Assembly (NCBI GenBank): GCA_947629515.1
Contig: CANRDY010000001.1
Span: 24,948-88,947, forward strand
DNA: 64,000 nucleotides
Source of the DNA: an uncultured Clostridia bacterium
GTDB lineage: Bacteria; Bacillota; Clostridia; Christensenellales; Borkfalkiaceae
Reading direction: 5' to 3'
A model generated the notes under the pieces. It saw only the letters and a program-made list of their open reading frames with translations. It did not search any database and had not been told where the DNA came from. This document shows, piece after piece, positions 51,140 through 59,181 of this stretch; position 1 is the first letter of the stretch, and each line of letters starts with the position of its first letter. A program made the translations under genes and the position numbers.

Positions 51140-51723
51140 CAGTCACCTATTTTGAGCTTTTGCCACGGGGTGTGCGTGGGCGCGTAGCCCTCGATATAGT
51201 CGAGAATTTTGTCGGCGGAGTCGAAATAGGAATACATCTCGTAGCACTTAAAGGTTATGAACCGTCTTTTTGTGACCGTTTTCATGAACTCTTCGAGCGA
51301 ATCGTAGTAGTTTTCGACGTTGAAAATGGCGATCGCCTTGTCGTGACGGGCGAGTTGTTTTAAGGTGAGCACCTCGAAGAACTCCTCGAACGTGCCTATC
51401 CCGCCGGGGACTACTATAAAGGCGTCGGCTACGTCCTCCATCGTCTGCTTGCGTTCGGACATGGTCTTTGTGTAGGTGATCTCGTCGCACCCGTCGTAGA
51501 GCACTTCCACTCCCTCGTCGCGGAAAAATTCGGGGATAACGCCGTGGATATAGCCGCCGCCCCTCTTCACCCCGCGCGCGACCGCGCCCATCAGCCCCGT
51601 CGCGCCGCAGCCGAATACGAGCGAGTGCCCGCGCTTTGCGAGCTTTTCGCCCAGCTCTTCCACCGCCTTTATATAAATGTCGTCAATGTGCGCGCTCGAC
51701 GCGCCGAATACGCAGATCTTCAT
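51139..51723 (-). CDS. LOG-family (TIGR00730) nucleotide-binding protein / lysine-decarboxylase-like
   Basis: VFGASS..., PGGIGTFEEFFE motif. Confidence 0.8.
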   Translation of the reverse strand: MKICVFGASSAHIDDIYIKAVEELGEKLAKRGHSLVFGCGATGLMGAVARGVKRGGGYIHGVIPEFFRDEGVEVLYDGCDEITYTKTMSERKQTMEDVADAFIVVPGGIGTFEEFFEVLTLKQLARHDKAIAIFNVENYYDSLEEFMKTVTKRRFITFKCYEMYSYFDSADKILDYIEGYAPTHTPWQKLKIGD

Positions 51724-51740
51724 ATTAAACCTCTTTTATC

Positions 51741-51769
51741 ATTATATACTCTTTTGCGCTAAATGTCAA
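51741..51769 (-). promoter_or_regulatory. perfect consensus sigma-A promoter of LOG / LMW-PTP operon
   Basis: Minus strand TTGACA - 17 nt - TATAAT, 18 nt upstream of ATG 51723 (AAGAGG SD in between). Confidence 0.7.
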
Positions 51770-51900
51770 TACAAGGCAGAACCGTCCCTCTCCGATCCTT
51801 CCCCCCTTGCCTTGTCTGTAAAACTTGCTTTTATTATTTATTTGCAACAACGCCCTGCGGGCTTCGGTGCGACGGAACGCAAGCCCTACGTATGCACATT

Positions 51901-51949
51901 GTCCACCAACGCCCCGCGACGCTTTATGCGTCGCGGGGCGTTGGTGGAC
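51901..51949 (-). terminator. 22-bp perfect hairpin following and including the tmRNA 3' end
   Basis: Minus strand GTCCACCAACGCCCCGCGACGC ataa GCGTCGCGGGGCGTTGGTGGAC. Confidence 0.7.
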
Positions 51950-52324
51950 GAGTCGGGACTTGCACCCGAGTCTTGACGGTGTCGTCGGAGCTTTCTACAT
52001 ACTTATTCCGCCTTTGGCTTGACCGCGCTTCCCGACGGACGGGGCGGGCGCGGGGCAGACCGCAAAAAATTTTGCACGGGCGCGCGCGGTCGGACGCGCG
52101 CTGTGCTATCCGTTAAGATGACGCTCTGCGCCGTCAACGGAATACGGCGCAAAACGGACCGCTTTAAGTTAAGCGGCGAGCGCGCAGCTTGCAGCTCTGT
52201 ACGAGGGGAAAGCTACGACTTTTTCGCTTTTATCTGCGTTTGAATTTAGTTTCCGTTTTTACAAAGCCGAGCCTTTGGTATGCTTTTCTCCTTCTCTTCC
52301 GCCAATCGAATCTGAAACTCGCCC
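51942..52324 (-). ncRNA. ssrA: tmRNA (ssrA), ~383 nt
   Basis: Minus strand 5' GGGCGAGUUUCAGAUUCGAUUGG... and 3' ...UCGGGUGCAAGUCCCGACUCGUCCACCA. The 7-bp acceptor stem GGGCGAG/CUCGUCC has a G3.U70 pair, followed by discriminator A and encoded CCA. Internal tag frame GCA GAU ... GCG CUC GCC GCU UAA (52237-52169) ends ...ALAA-stop. Confidence 0.8.
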
Positions 52325-52453
52325 GAAAGGCGGCGCGCTTTTTTGCGTGCGCGAACCTTGTTTACTATATTATATATTGCCCCGAGCAAAAAAATCAAGC
52401 GTTTGTTTTTGATTTTTATTGACTTTTCGGTCCAAATACTATAAAGTTAAAGT

Positions 52454-53365
52454 ATGATTTATACGGTGACCTTCAACCCCTCGCTCGACTACTACGTTCG
52501 GGTGAACAATATCAAAAGCGGAATTATAAACCGCACTTCGGGCGAACGCCTTACCGTGGGCGGCAAGGGTCTTAACGTGTCGCTCGCGCTCAAAGAGCTG
52601 GGCGACCAATCGCTTGCGCTGGGGTTCATCGCGGGATTCACAGGCGAATATATCCGCGACAGAGTTGCCGAGTTAGGGCTTAAATTCGACTTTATCGACG
52701 TTTCGGGCAGAAGCCGCATAAACGTAAAGGTGAGAAGCAACACCGAAACCGACATAAACGGCACGGGCGCGGAGGTGAGCGCGGCGGACGTAAACAAGCT
52801 CGTCCGCAAGTTAAAAGCCCTTCTGAAAGAGGGCGACTGGCTCGTCATCTGCGGGAGCGTGCCCTCGACCCTCGACTACAACACCTACGCCTCTATCTTA
52901 AAAAGGCTCAAAGGTATTCAGGGCATAAACGTCGTCGTCGACGCGTGCGGCAAACTGCTCACCGAAACGCTCAAATACAAGCCCTTCCTCATAAAGCCCA
53001 ACATATACGAAATGTGCGAGATATTCGGGCTTTCGACCGTGCCCGACCTCGAGGAGATCTTCGCCTACGCCCGCAGATTGCAGGAGATGGGCGCAAGGAA
53101 CGTAATAGTCTCGATGGGAAGTTCGGGGGCGGCGATGGTCACCGAGACTTCGCAGTCGATGTACGTGCGCGCGGCGAGGGGTCAGCTCGTCAACTCGGTG
53201 GGCGCGGGCGACTCGATGATCGCGGGATTTCTGCACGAATATATCAGATCGGGCAACTACTTCTCCGCGCTCAACTACGCCACGGCGGCGGGAAGCGCGT
53301 GCGCGTTCACCAAAGACCTTGCGACCAAAGAGCAAATAGAATATATCGAGAGTCTTATGCTATGA
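52454..53365 (+). CDS. fruK: 1-phosphofructokinase / tagatose-6-phosphate kinase (PfkB family)
   Basis: MIYTVTFNPSLDYY start, GGKGLNVS, GAGDSMIAGF. Confidence 0.8.
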   Translation: MIYTVTFNPSLDYYVRVNNIKSGIINRTSGERLTVGGKGLNVSLALKELGDQSLALGFIAGFTGEYIRDRVAELGLKFDFIDVSGRSRINVKVRSNTETDINGTGAEVSAADVNKLVRKLKALLKEGDWLVICGSVPSTLDYNTYASILKRLKGIQGINVVVDACGKLLTETLKYKPFLIKPNIYEMCEIFGLSTVPDLEEIFAYARRLQEMGARNVIVSMGSSGAAMVTETSQSMYVRAARGQLVNSVGAGDSMIAGFLHEYIRSGNYFSALNYATAAGSACAFTKDLATKEQIEYIESLML

Positions 53366-53904
53366 GTTCGGGCGGGGGCGAAGTTACCGACTGCCGCGAA
53401 ACCAACGGCGAAAGTTTGCAAAAGCTGGGCGAGGAACTTTATTTCGTGCCGCGCGGGGAAATTTACGGCGAACTTGAACGCAGGCTTTTCGAACGGCTCG
53501 GCTATCGGGCTAAGATACTCAAAACGCAGAACGGCAAGCCGTATGTCGAGGGAACCCCCCTCTGTATTTCGCTTGCGCACAGCGGCGACAGGGGCGTATT
53601 TATAATAAGCAAAAGCCCCGTAGGAATCGATTTGGAGCTTTACGGCAGAGGCGTTCCAAAGGGCGTTTTCAACTCCTTTTCTGAGCGAGAACGGGGCGAA
53701 ATCACGTGCGAGGACGGCTTCCTTGCGCACTGGACGGCGCGGGAGGCTTTTATAAAACTCAACGGGTACAACTTGTGGGAAAGCGTAAAACATATTGAGT
53801 TTTTCGGCGGAAAGCTGTACTATTTCGGGCAGCAGGCAGACGTTGAACTTAGCTTCGAACGCTTTAAGTTCGGCGTGGCGTGCGTGTGCAGAGGAAAGTT
53901 ATGA
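53362..53904 (+). CDS. 4'-phosphopantetheinyl transferase superfamily protein
   Basis: ATGA overlap with the fruK stop. ISLAHSGD, GIDLE and W.AREAFIK motifs. 180 aa. Confidence 0.65.
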   Translation: MSSGGGEVTDCRETNGESLQKLGEELYFVPRGEIYGELERRLFERLGYRAKILKTQNGKPYVEGTPLCISLAHSGDRGVFIISKSPVGIDLELYGRGVPKGVFNSFSERERGEITCEDGFLAHWTAREAFIKLNGYNLWESVKHIEFFGGKLYYFGQQADVELSFERFKFGVACVCRGKL

Positions 53905-54557
53905 AGTGTTTTGTTATAGCAATGGAAAAAGAGGCGCAGCCGTTCATAGATAAAATGGACGTTTTAAGCGACGTTGTGATAAACGGCAAGCGCACGGTGC
54001 GCGGCGAACTCGGCGGCGAGATGTGCGCCGTGGTGGTGTGCGGCGTGGGCAAGGCGAACGCGGCGAGCGGAGCGCAGTACTGCGCCGATCTGCTCGGGGC
54101 GGACATCATCATTAACGCAGGAGTTGCGGGCGGGCTCAATAAAGACCTTGCCGTCGGCAATATATACGGCGTTTCGGAGGTCGTTCAGTACGACTTCGAC
54201 CTCTGCCATATAAATAATACCGAGATAGGCACGCTCAACGAGTTCGACAAAAACTACCTTGCGCTGAGCGTTAGCGACGTTTTCCCCGCAAAAAGGCTGG
54301 GCACGGGCGACCGCTTCGACGACAGAGAAAGCGACTTTTTACTGCTCACCAACACCCTCAAAGCCGATATGAGGGACATGGAGTGCGGGGCGATCGCTCA
54401 GGTGTGCGCGCACGCGGGCGTGCGGTGCTATTCGTTCAAGGCTATTTCGGATATAGCGGGAAGCGGCTCGACTACCGAGCAGTATTATAAAAACCTTTCG
54501 CTCTGCCTTGCCGCACTCTCAGAGAACGCCGAAAAAATACTCTTTGCAAGCGTTTAA
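53901..54557 (+). CDS. mtnN: 5'-methylthioadenosine/S-adenosylhomocysteine nucleosidase family (PNP_UDP_1)
   Basis: ATGA overlap with the upstream stop. MKCFVIAMEKEAQPF, GVGKANAASG, DMECGAIAQV. Confidence 0.7.
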   Translation: MKCFVIAMEKEAQPFIDKMDVLSDVVINGKRTVRGELGGEMCAVVVCGVGKANAASGAQYCADLLGADIIINAGVAGGLNKDLAVGNIYGVSEVVQYDFDLCHINNTEIGTLNEFDKNYLALSVSDVFPAKRLGTGDRFDDRESDFLLLTNTLKADMRDMECGAIAQVCAHAGVRCYSFKAISDIAGSGSTTEQYYKNLSLCLAALSENAEKILFASV

Positions 54558-54619
54558 GGGCATTTTTGCCGCCCGAACCGACCGCGCGCAAGCGCGGTTT
54601 TTAAGGAGAAAAAACACGA

Positions 54620-55291
54620 ATGAAACCTTTGGGCGGAGGCTGGGACGAACTGCTCGAACCCCTCTTTTCGGACGAAAAATATCAACATATACGGCAATTT
54701 CTCATTTACGAGTACTCGCACTACACCGTCTACCCCGACATGTACGATCTTTACAATTGCTTTCGGTTCACCCCGCTCTCCTCGCTCAAAGCCGTCATTT
54801 TGGGTCAGGACCCCTACCACGAGCCGGGGCAGGCGCACGGGCTGTGCTTTTCGGTAAAGGCGGGCGTAAAGCTCCCCCCTTCCCTCCAAAATATCTTTAA
54901 GGAAATACGGGACGATTTGGGCATCGAAGAACCGAACTGCGGCGACCTTACCAAATGGGCGAAGAGCGGAGTGCTGCTCATGAACGCCACACTCACCGTG
55001 CGCGAACACATTGCCAACTCCCACGCGAAGTGCGGCTGGAGCTGGTTCACCGACGGAGTTATAAAGCTCATAAGCGAGCGCACGCGGAACAACGTGTTCA
55101 TTCTTTGGGGCGGCAACGCGCGGAGCAAAGCCCCTCTCATCGACACTTCGAAACACCTCATTTTGCAGTGCGCGCACCCCTCGCCCCTCTCGGCGTACAA
55201 CGGCTTTTTCGGGTGCAGGTTCTTTTCCAAAACAAACGAATACCTCGTCTCCCACGGCAAACAGCCCGTCGATTGGGATCTGAATACATAG
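54620..55291 (+). CDS. ung: uracil-DNA glycosylase
   Basis: VILGQDPYH, LLMNATLTV, and HPSPLSA near the C-terminus. Confidence 0.9.
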   Translation: MKPLGGGWDELLEPLFSDEKYQHIRQFLIYEYSHYTVYPDMYDLYNCFRFTPLSSLKAVILGQDPYHEPGQAHGLCFSVKAGVKLPPSLQNIFKEIRDDLGIEEPNCGDLTKWAKSGVLLMNATLTVREHIANSHAKCGWSWFTDGVIKLISERTRNNVFILWGGNARSKAPLIDTSKHLILQCAHPSPLSAYNGFFGCRFFSKTNEYLVSHGKQPVDWDLNT

Positions 55292-55477
55292 GCGCGGGCG
55301 GCGTTACCAAGCCAAACGCTTTTGGGGCAAATTGTAACATTACCCCGAAAAAAAAGCGTTAAAAAAAGTGTTACGTTACCAAAAAGAACGCGTTGAAGCA
55401 AGTTGTAACGTTACCCCGAAAATGCGGTTCAAAAGGCAAAAAACTCAATATATATTGATATTTTTAACAGGTGAATT

Positions 55478-56686
55478 ATGAAATATGTAGTTGTGCTCGG
55501 CGACGGAATGGCAGATTGGAAAATGGACAGCCTCGGCGGCAAGACCTGCCTTGAAAAGGCAAAAACGCCCGTTCTGGACGGCATTGCGCCCCGCTCGGAA
55601 GTGGGGCTGTGCAAGACCGTGCCCGCGGGAATGAAGCCGGGGAGCGACGTGGCGAATATGTCGGTGATGGGCTTTAACCCCGCCGATTTTTACACGGGGC
55701 GTTCCCCCCTCGAAGCCGTTTCGATGGGAATAGATTTGAAGCCCACCGACGTGACGTTGAGGTGCAACCTCGTCACCCTTTCGGACGGCGGGGCTTACGA
55801 GGATAAGACCATGCTCGACTATTCGGCGGGCGAGATATCCACCGAAGAGGCGCGGGAACTTATAAACTTTTTGAAGGATCATCTGGACGGCGGGGGGTTT
55901 ACTTTTTACCCCGGCATTTCGTACCGCCACTGCCTTGTTGCCGACTGCGGAAAGACGGGGCACACCCTTACCCCGCCCCACGATATTTCGGACAGAAAGA
56001 TAACGGAGTACCTTCCCAAGGGCGAAAATGCGCATATATATTTAGATTTTATGAAAAAGAGCTACGAATTGCTCAAAGACCACCCCGTAAATTTAAGGCG
56101 GAAAGCCGAGGGCAAAAACCCCGCCAACAGCATTTGGCTGTGGGGCGAGGGCACGAAACCCGCGCTCGAAAACTTTGAAAAACTGCGCGGGTTAAAGGGC
56201 GGAGTTATTTCCGCAGTCGACCTTGTTAAGGGCATCGGCATGCTTGCGGGAATGAAGATAATCGAGGTCGAAGGATCGACGGGAGAATATCACACCAACT
56301 TCCTCGGCAAGGCGAACGCCGCCGCCGACGCGCTCATCGGCGGGTTGGATTACGTATATATCCACATGGAAGCCCCCGACGAGTGCGGTCACCACGGCGA
56401 CCCCGAGCACAAGATCTATTCTATCGAGCAAATCGATTCGAAGGTCGTAAAGACCCTTTTGGAGAGGCTGAAAGGGGAAAGGTTTGCAATGCTCGTCTGC
56501 CCCGACCACCCCACTCCCTGCGCCTGCAAAACGCACGTCTCCGACCCTATACCCTACCTTATTTACACAAACACAAAAGACCTCGGCAACGGCGCGCCGC
56601 GCTACACCGAGGACGAGGCGGCAAAGACGGGCGAGTACGTCGCCGACGGCTACAAGCTCATCGAAAAGCTGTTGGGGATAAAGTGA
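55478..56686 (+). CDS. apgM: cofactor-independent phosphoglycerate mutase, archaeal-type (ApgM family)
   Basis: MKYVVVLGDGMADW start, HMEAPDECGHHGD, metalloenzyme-superfamily blocks. 402 aa. Confidence 0.8.
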   Translation: MKYVVVLGDGMADWKMDSLGGKTCLEKAKTPVLDGIAPRSEVGLCKTVPAGMKPGSDVANMSVMGFNPADFYTGRSPLEAVSMGIDLKPTDVTLRCNLVTLSDGGAYEDKTMLDYSAGEISTEEARELINFLKDHLDGGGFTFYPGISYRHCLVADCGKTGHTLTPPHDISDRKITEYLPKGENAHIYLDFMKKSYELLKDHPVNLRRKAEGKNPANSIWLWGEGTKPALENFEKLRGLKGGVISAVDLVKGIGMLAGMKIIEVEGSTGEYHTNFLGKANAAADALIGGLDYVYIHMEAPDECGHHGDPEHKIYSIEQIDSKVVKTLLERLKGERFAMLVCPDHPTPCACKTHVSDPIPYLIYTNTKDLGNGAPRYTEDEAAKTGEYVADGYKLIEKLLGIK

Positions 56687-56840
56687 GTTTTTGCTAACGC
56701 AAAAGTGAAATTTTTTTGCGTAAGCAAAAAAGTGAAATTTGCGGCGTGCCGCCGCAAGTGAAATTTGCACTTCGTGCAAGTGAAATTTTTGCCTTACGGC
56801 AAAAGTGAAATTTTTTGCGCTATCGCGCAAAAAGTTGTGG
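56683..56840 (+). repeat. A array, largest copy: 7 hairpins; first linker GTGAGTT contains the TGA stop of apgM; closed by GTTGTGG
   Basis: Stems TTTTGC, TTTTTTGC, TTGCGGCG, TTGCAC, TTTTGCC and TTTTTGCGC, each with a perfect complement. Loops taac/gtaa/tgc/ttc/ttac/tatc. GTGAAAT linkers at 56705, 56732, 56758, 56780 and 56805. Confidence 0.9.
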
Positions 56841-57200
56841 TAAAAATTATGCGGCGGGCGCCGCGGTAACCCCCCACCTTTCATTCCTCCCCCTTGTAAT
56901 TTCTCCGCCCAATATTCCCTCCCCTTTCTCAAGGGGGAGGGGAGGGTAGGGGTTTTTCTTATAATATCGGAGCATATTAAGGCACTGTCATTTCGAGGGA
57001 TATGACACGCGCCGTAGGCGCGGGATTGACCGAGATAATCCCAACGTGGTCTGTGCTTGCTCTTTGAAACCAACACCCACATTTCTGTAATAATTACTCC
57101 GCTATGCTGCGGAATAGACCCGTTCGACGCGCTTCGCTTGCTCAGGGTGACAGTTATTATTATAATGCGGCGGGCGACTTTTCAAAGTCGCCCGCCGCTT
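56841..57200. repeat. composite repeat with inverted modules: I, E, inverted C (56957-57072), inverted D (57097-57160), I hairpin
   Basis: E is in the usual orientation, but C and D are reverse-complemented relative to all other copies. GCGGCGGGCGACTT/AAGTCGCCCGCCGC hairpin at 57168-57199. Confidence 0.9.
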
Positions 57201-57228
57201 CATATTTTTATATACGCTTTATATCCTT

Positions 57229-58269
57229 TCACGCAACGGCGTTGCCCTCTGGGAGAGATTCGCCCTCTTCGCTCTTGCCGCCCGAAACTTTCGCCTTGTA
57301 GCTTCTGTAATTGATAATATTGAGCACCATAACGGCGAACGCAACGCAGGTATAGGCATATCCCCCGCCGGCTATCGTCCAGCCGATGTCCCAAGAATAT
57401 CTCAAAAACAACAGATAAACAGTGTTCAAAGTCAACGAAACGAGCACGGAAATAACGGTGCATACCGCCGCAACCACCGTCGAAACGCAGAGTTTGCGCA
57501 GGCTGTCCTTGCCTCTGAAATGCCCGAACGCCTTTGCGGTGTTATAGGCGAGAGTGCCGAATGAGAGAACATAGAAATAACCGAGCGTTATGAGCAGAGC
57601 TATAAGGTAACCGTTCATAAGATAGGGATATCCCGTCTCCGCTTGATGTCTGCTCAGAACCTGCGCAAACAAACCGAAAATCACGGGCGCATACGCCGCA
57701 ACATACACCGCCATAAGCGAGAGGAAAGCGGTCGAGGCGATGAGCGTTACCTTGCGCAATGTGTCGCGTCCGAAACTTTCTGCGCTTTCCGAGGCTATAA
57801 GTTGGGGTTTATACTTGTTGAAGTTGACAATGTGAAGTATTATCGCGGCAACGTAAACCGCCGTGAACACAAGCCCGCCGCCCGCTATGCAGACACTTGC
57901 GGCAGTGAATGTGCGGAACGACGTAAGAAAGAGCAGATTTGCGACAAAGGAAGTTACGACCCCGAAAACGCCGAGAACGGCGGCGACCAACAGCGCGTTG
58001 CGCAAAGAGGGCAAAACGCTTTCGCCCCTCTGCGCCTTTAACGCAAAAACCGTGAGGGGAATAAGGGGTATCGCAAGCAACAGATACGCTGTGATGAGCG
58101 GCAGAAAATTCGAGACGTACAACGCCCGCACGGCTAAAAGCTCGGTCATGGGCAGTTGAGGTATCATCGACGTGGCGAACGAGCAAAACAGCGGAACGAA
58201 CGCCGCGGTATACGTCCACGCCATGCACGTCAATATGAACGCCGACAGAAAGACTTTACTGTTTTTCAT
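57229..58269 (-). CDS. hypothetical polytopic membrane protein (~10 TM helices)
   Basis: 346-aa ORF, strongly hydrophobic throughout. No family recognised. Confidence 0.6.
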   Translation of the reverse strand: MKNSKVFLSAFILTCMAWTYTAAFVPLFCSFATSMIPQLPMTELLAVRALYVSNFLPLITAYLLLAIPLIPLTVFALKAQRGESVLPSLRNALLVAAVLGVFGVVTSFVANLLFLTSFRTFTAASVCIAGGGLVFTAVYVAAIILHIVNFNKYKPQLIASESAESFGRDTLRKVTLIASTAFLSLMAVYVAAYAPVIFGLFAQVLSRHQAETGYPYLMNGYLIALLITLGYFYVLSFGTLAYNTAKAFGHFRGKDSLRKLCVSTVVAAVCTVISVLVSLTLNTVYLLFLRYSWDIGWTIAGGGYAYTCVAFAVMVLNIINYRSYKAKVSGGKSEEGESLPEGNAVA

Positions 58270-58321
58270 ATTATTTTATATTCTCCATTATTGAAAGAGT
58301 GAGGAACGAGTTGAACGCGGT

Positions 58322-58366
58322 TTGTACGCTTAGAACGCTCAAAACGCTCAGAACGCTCAGAACGCG
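58322..58366 (+). repeat. 9-nt tandem repeat (5 units, YAGAACGCT-like) flanked by GAACGCGGTTT on both sides
   Basis: TTGTACGCT TAGAACGCT CAAAACGCT CAGAACGCT CAGAACGCG. Confidence 0.8.
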
Positions 58367-58526
58367 GTTTTTGCGAACGATATTTTCAAGTAAAGTATAT
58401 AACCATATAAAGCATTTGTCAAGAATTTGCGGACTATTTTTTGTCGGGCGAAGCGGCGAAACGCTTGCGGCGGGCGACTTTGAAAAGTCGCCCGCCGCAC
58501 AGTTTTTTACCTTATATTTTTTATCG

Positions 58527-59111
58527 TCAATTAAAAAGCTCTATCGTCTTGTCTATTATTTCACAGATTTTGTCGAAGCCGGAACGGGTCTGCGAGGAAC
58601 AGCATATAACGTTGCCCGTGCCGCACTTATACGCCGCCGCGATCTTCAGCAGTATCCGCGCCGTCTGCGCACGCGAGAGCTTGTCCGCCTTTGTAGCCGT
58701 CACCGTAAAGGGTATGGCGTAATAATAGAGATACTCCGCCATCTGCAGATCGTCGGGGGTAGGTTCGCGGCGAATGTCCGTAAGCGCGAACACGTGCGCC
58801 GTTTTTTCCTCTTTGAAGAAGTCCTCCAAGAGGTTCGCCCACTTCTCCTTTTCGCCCTTGCTCACCCTTGCGAAGCCGTACCCCGGCAGGTCGGCAAGCA
58901 CAAACCCGCCGAAGTCGAAGTAGTTGACGAGCCGCGTCCGCCCCGGTTCCTTTGAGACCTTGGCGAGTTTTTTGTTGTTCGCAAGCGCGTTGATAAAGCT
59001 CGATTTGCCCACGTTCGACTTGCCGCATACGGCAATGAGCGGTTTTTCGGGCTTCAAAAATTGGCTCTTCGAAGCCGCGCTCGTTATAAATTTTCCCTGA
59101 AAATTTTGCAT
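58527..59111 (-). CDS. engB: ribosome-biogenesis GTPase YsxC/EngB
   Basis: GKSNVGKSSFINAL G1 motif, DLPGYGFA G3 motif. Confidence 0.9.
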   Translation of the reverse strand: MQNFQGKFITSAASKSQFLKPEKPLIAVCGKSNVGKSSFINALANNKKLAKVSKEPGRTRLVNYFDFGGFVLADLPGYGFARVSKGEKEKWANLLEDFFKEEKTAHVFALTDIRREPTPDDLQMAEYLYYYAIPFTVTATKADKLSRAQTARILLKIAAAYKCGTGNVICCSSQTRSGFDKICEIIDKTIELFN

Positions 59112-59181
59112 ACTCTGTACGAAATTCCCCCGCCGTTAAGCTCTGAAAAAATTTTTCGGCTGCCCCGCTCAACGAGGCTTA

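Noticed and set aside
56683-56840. Could the GTGAAAT-hairpin arrays be CRISPR or TIGR-type guide arrays?
   Set aside because: The conserved part is only 7 nt. The variable parts are self-complementary palindromes drawn from a small repertoire, not unique spacers. There are no box C/D-like motifs, and no cas or Nop-domain (Tas) genes nearby.
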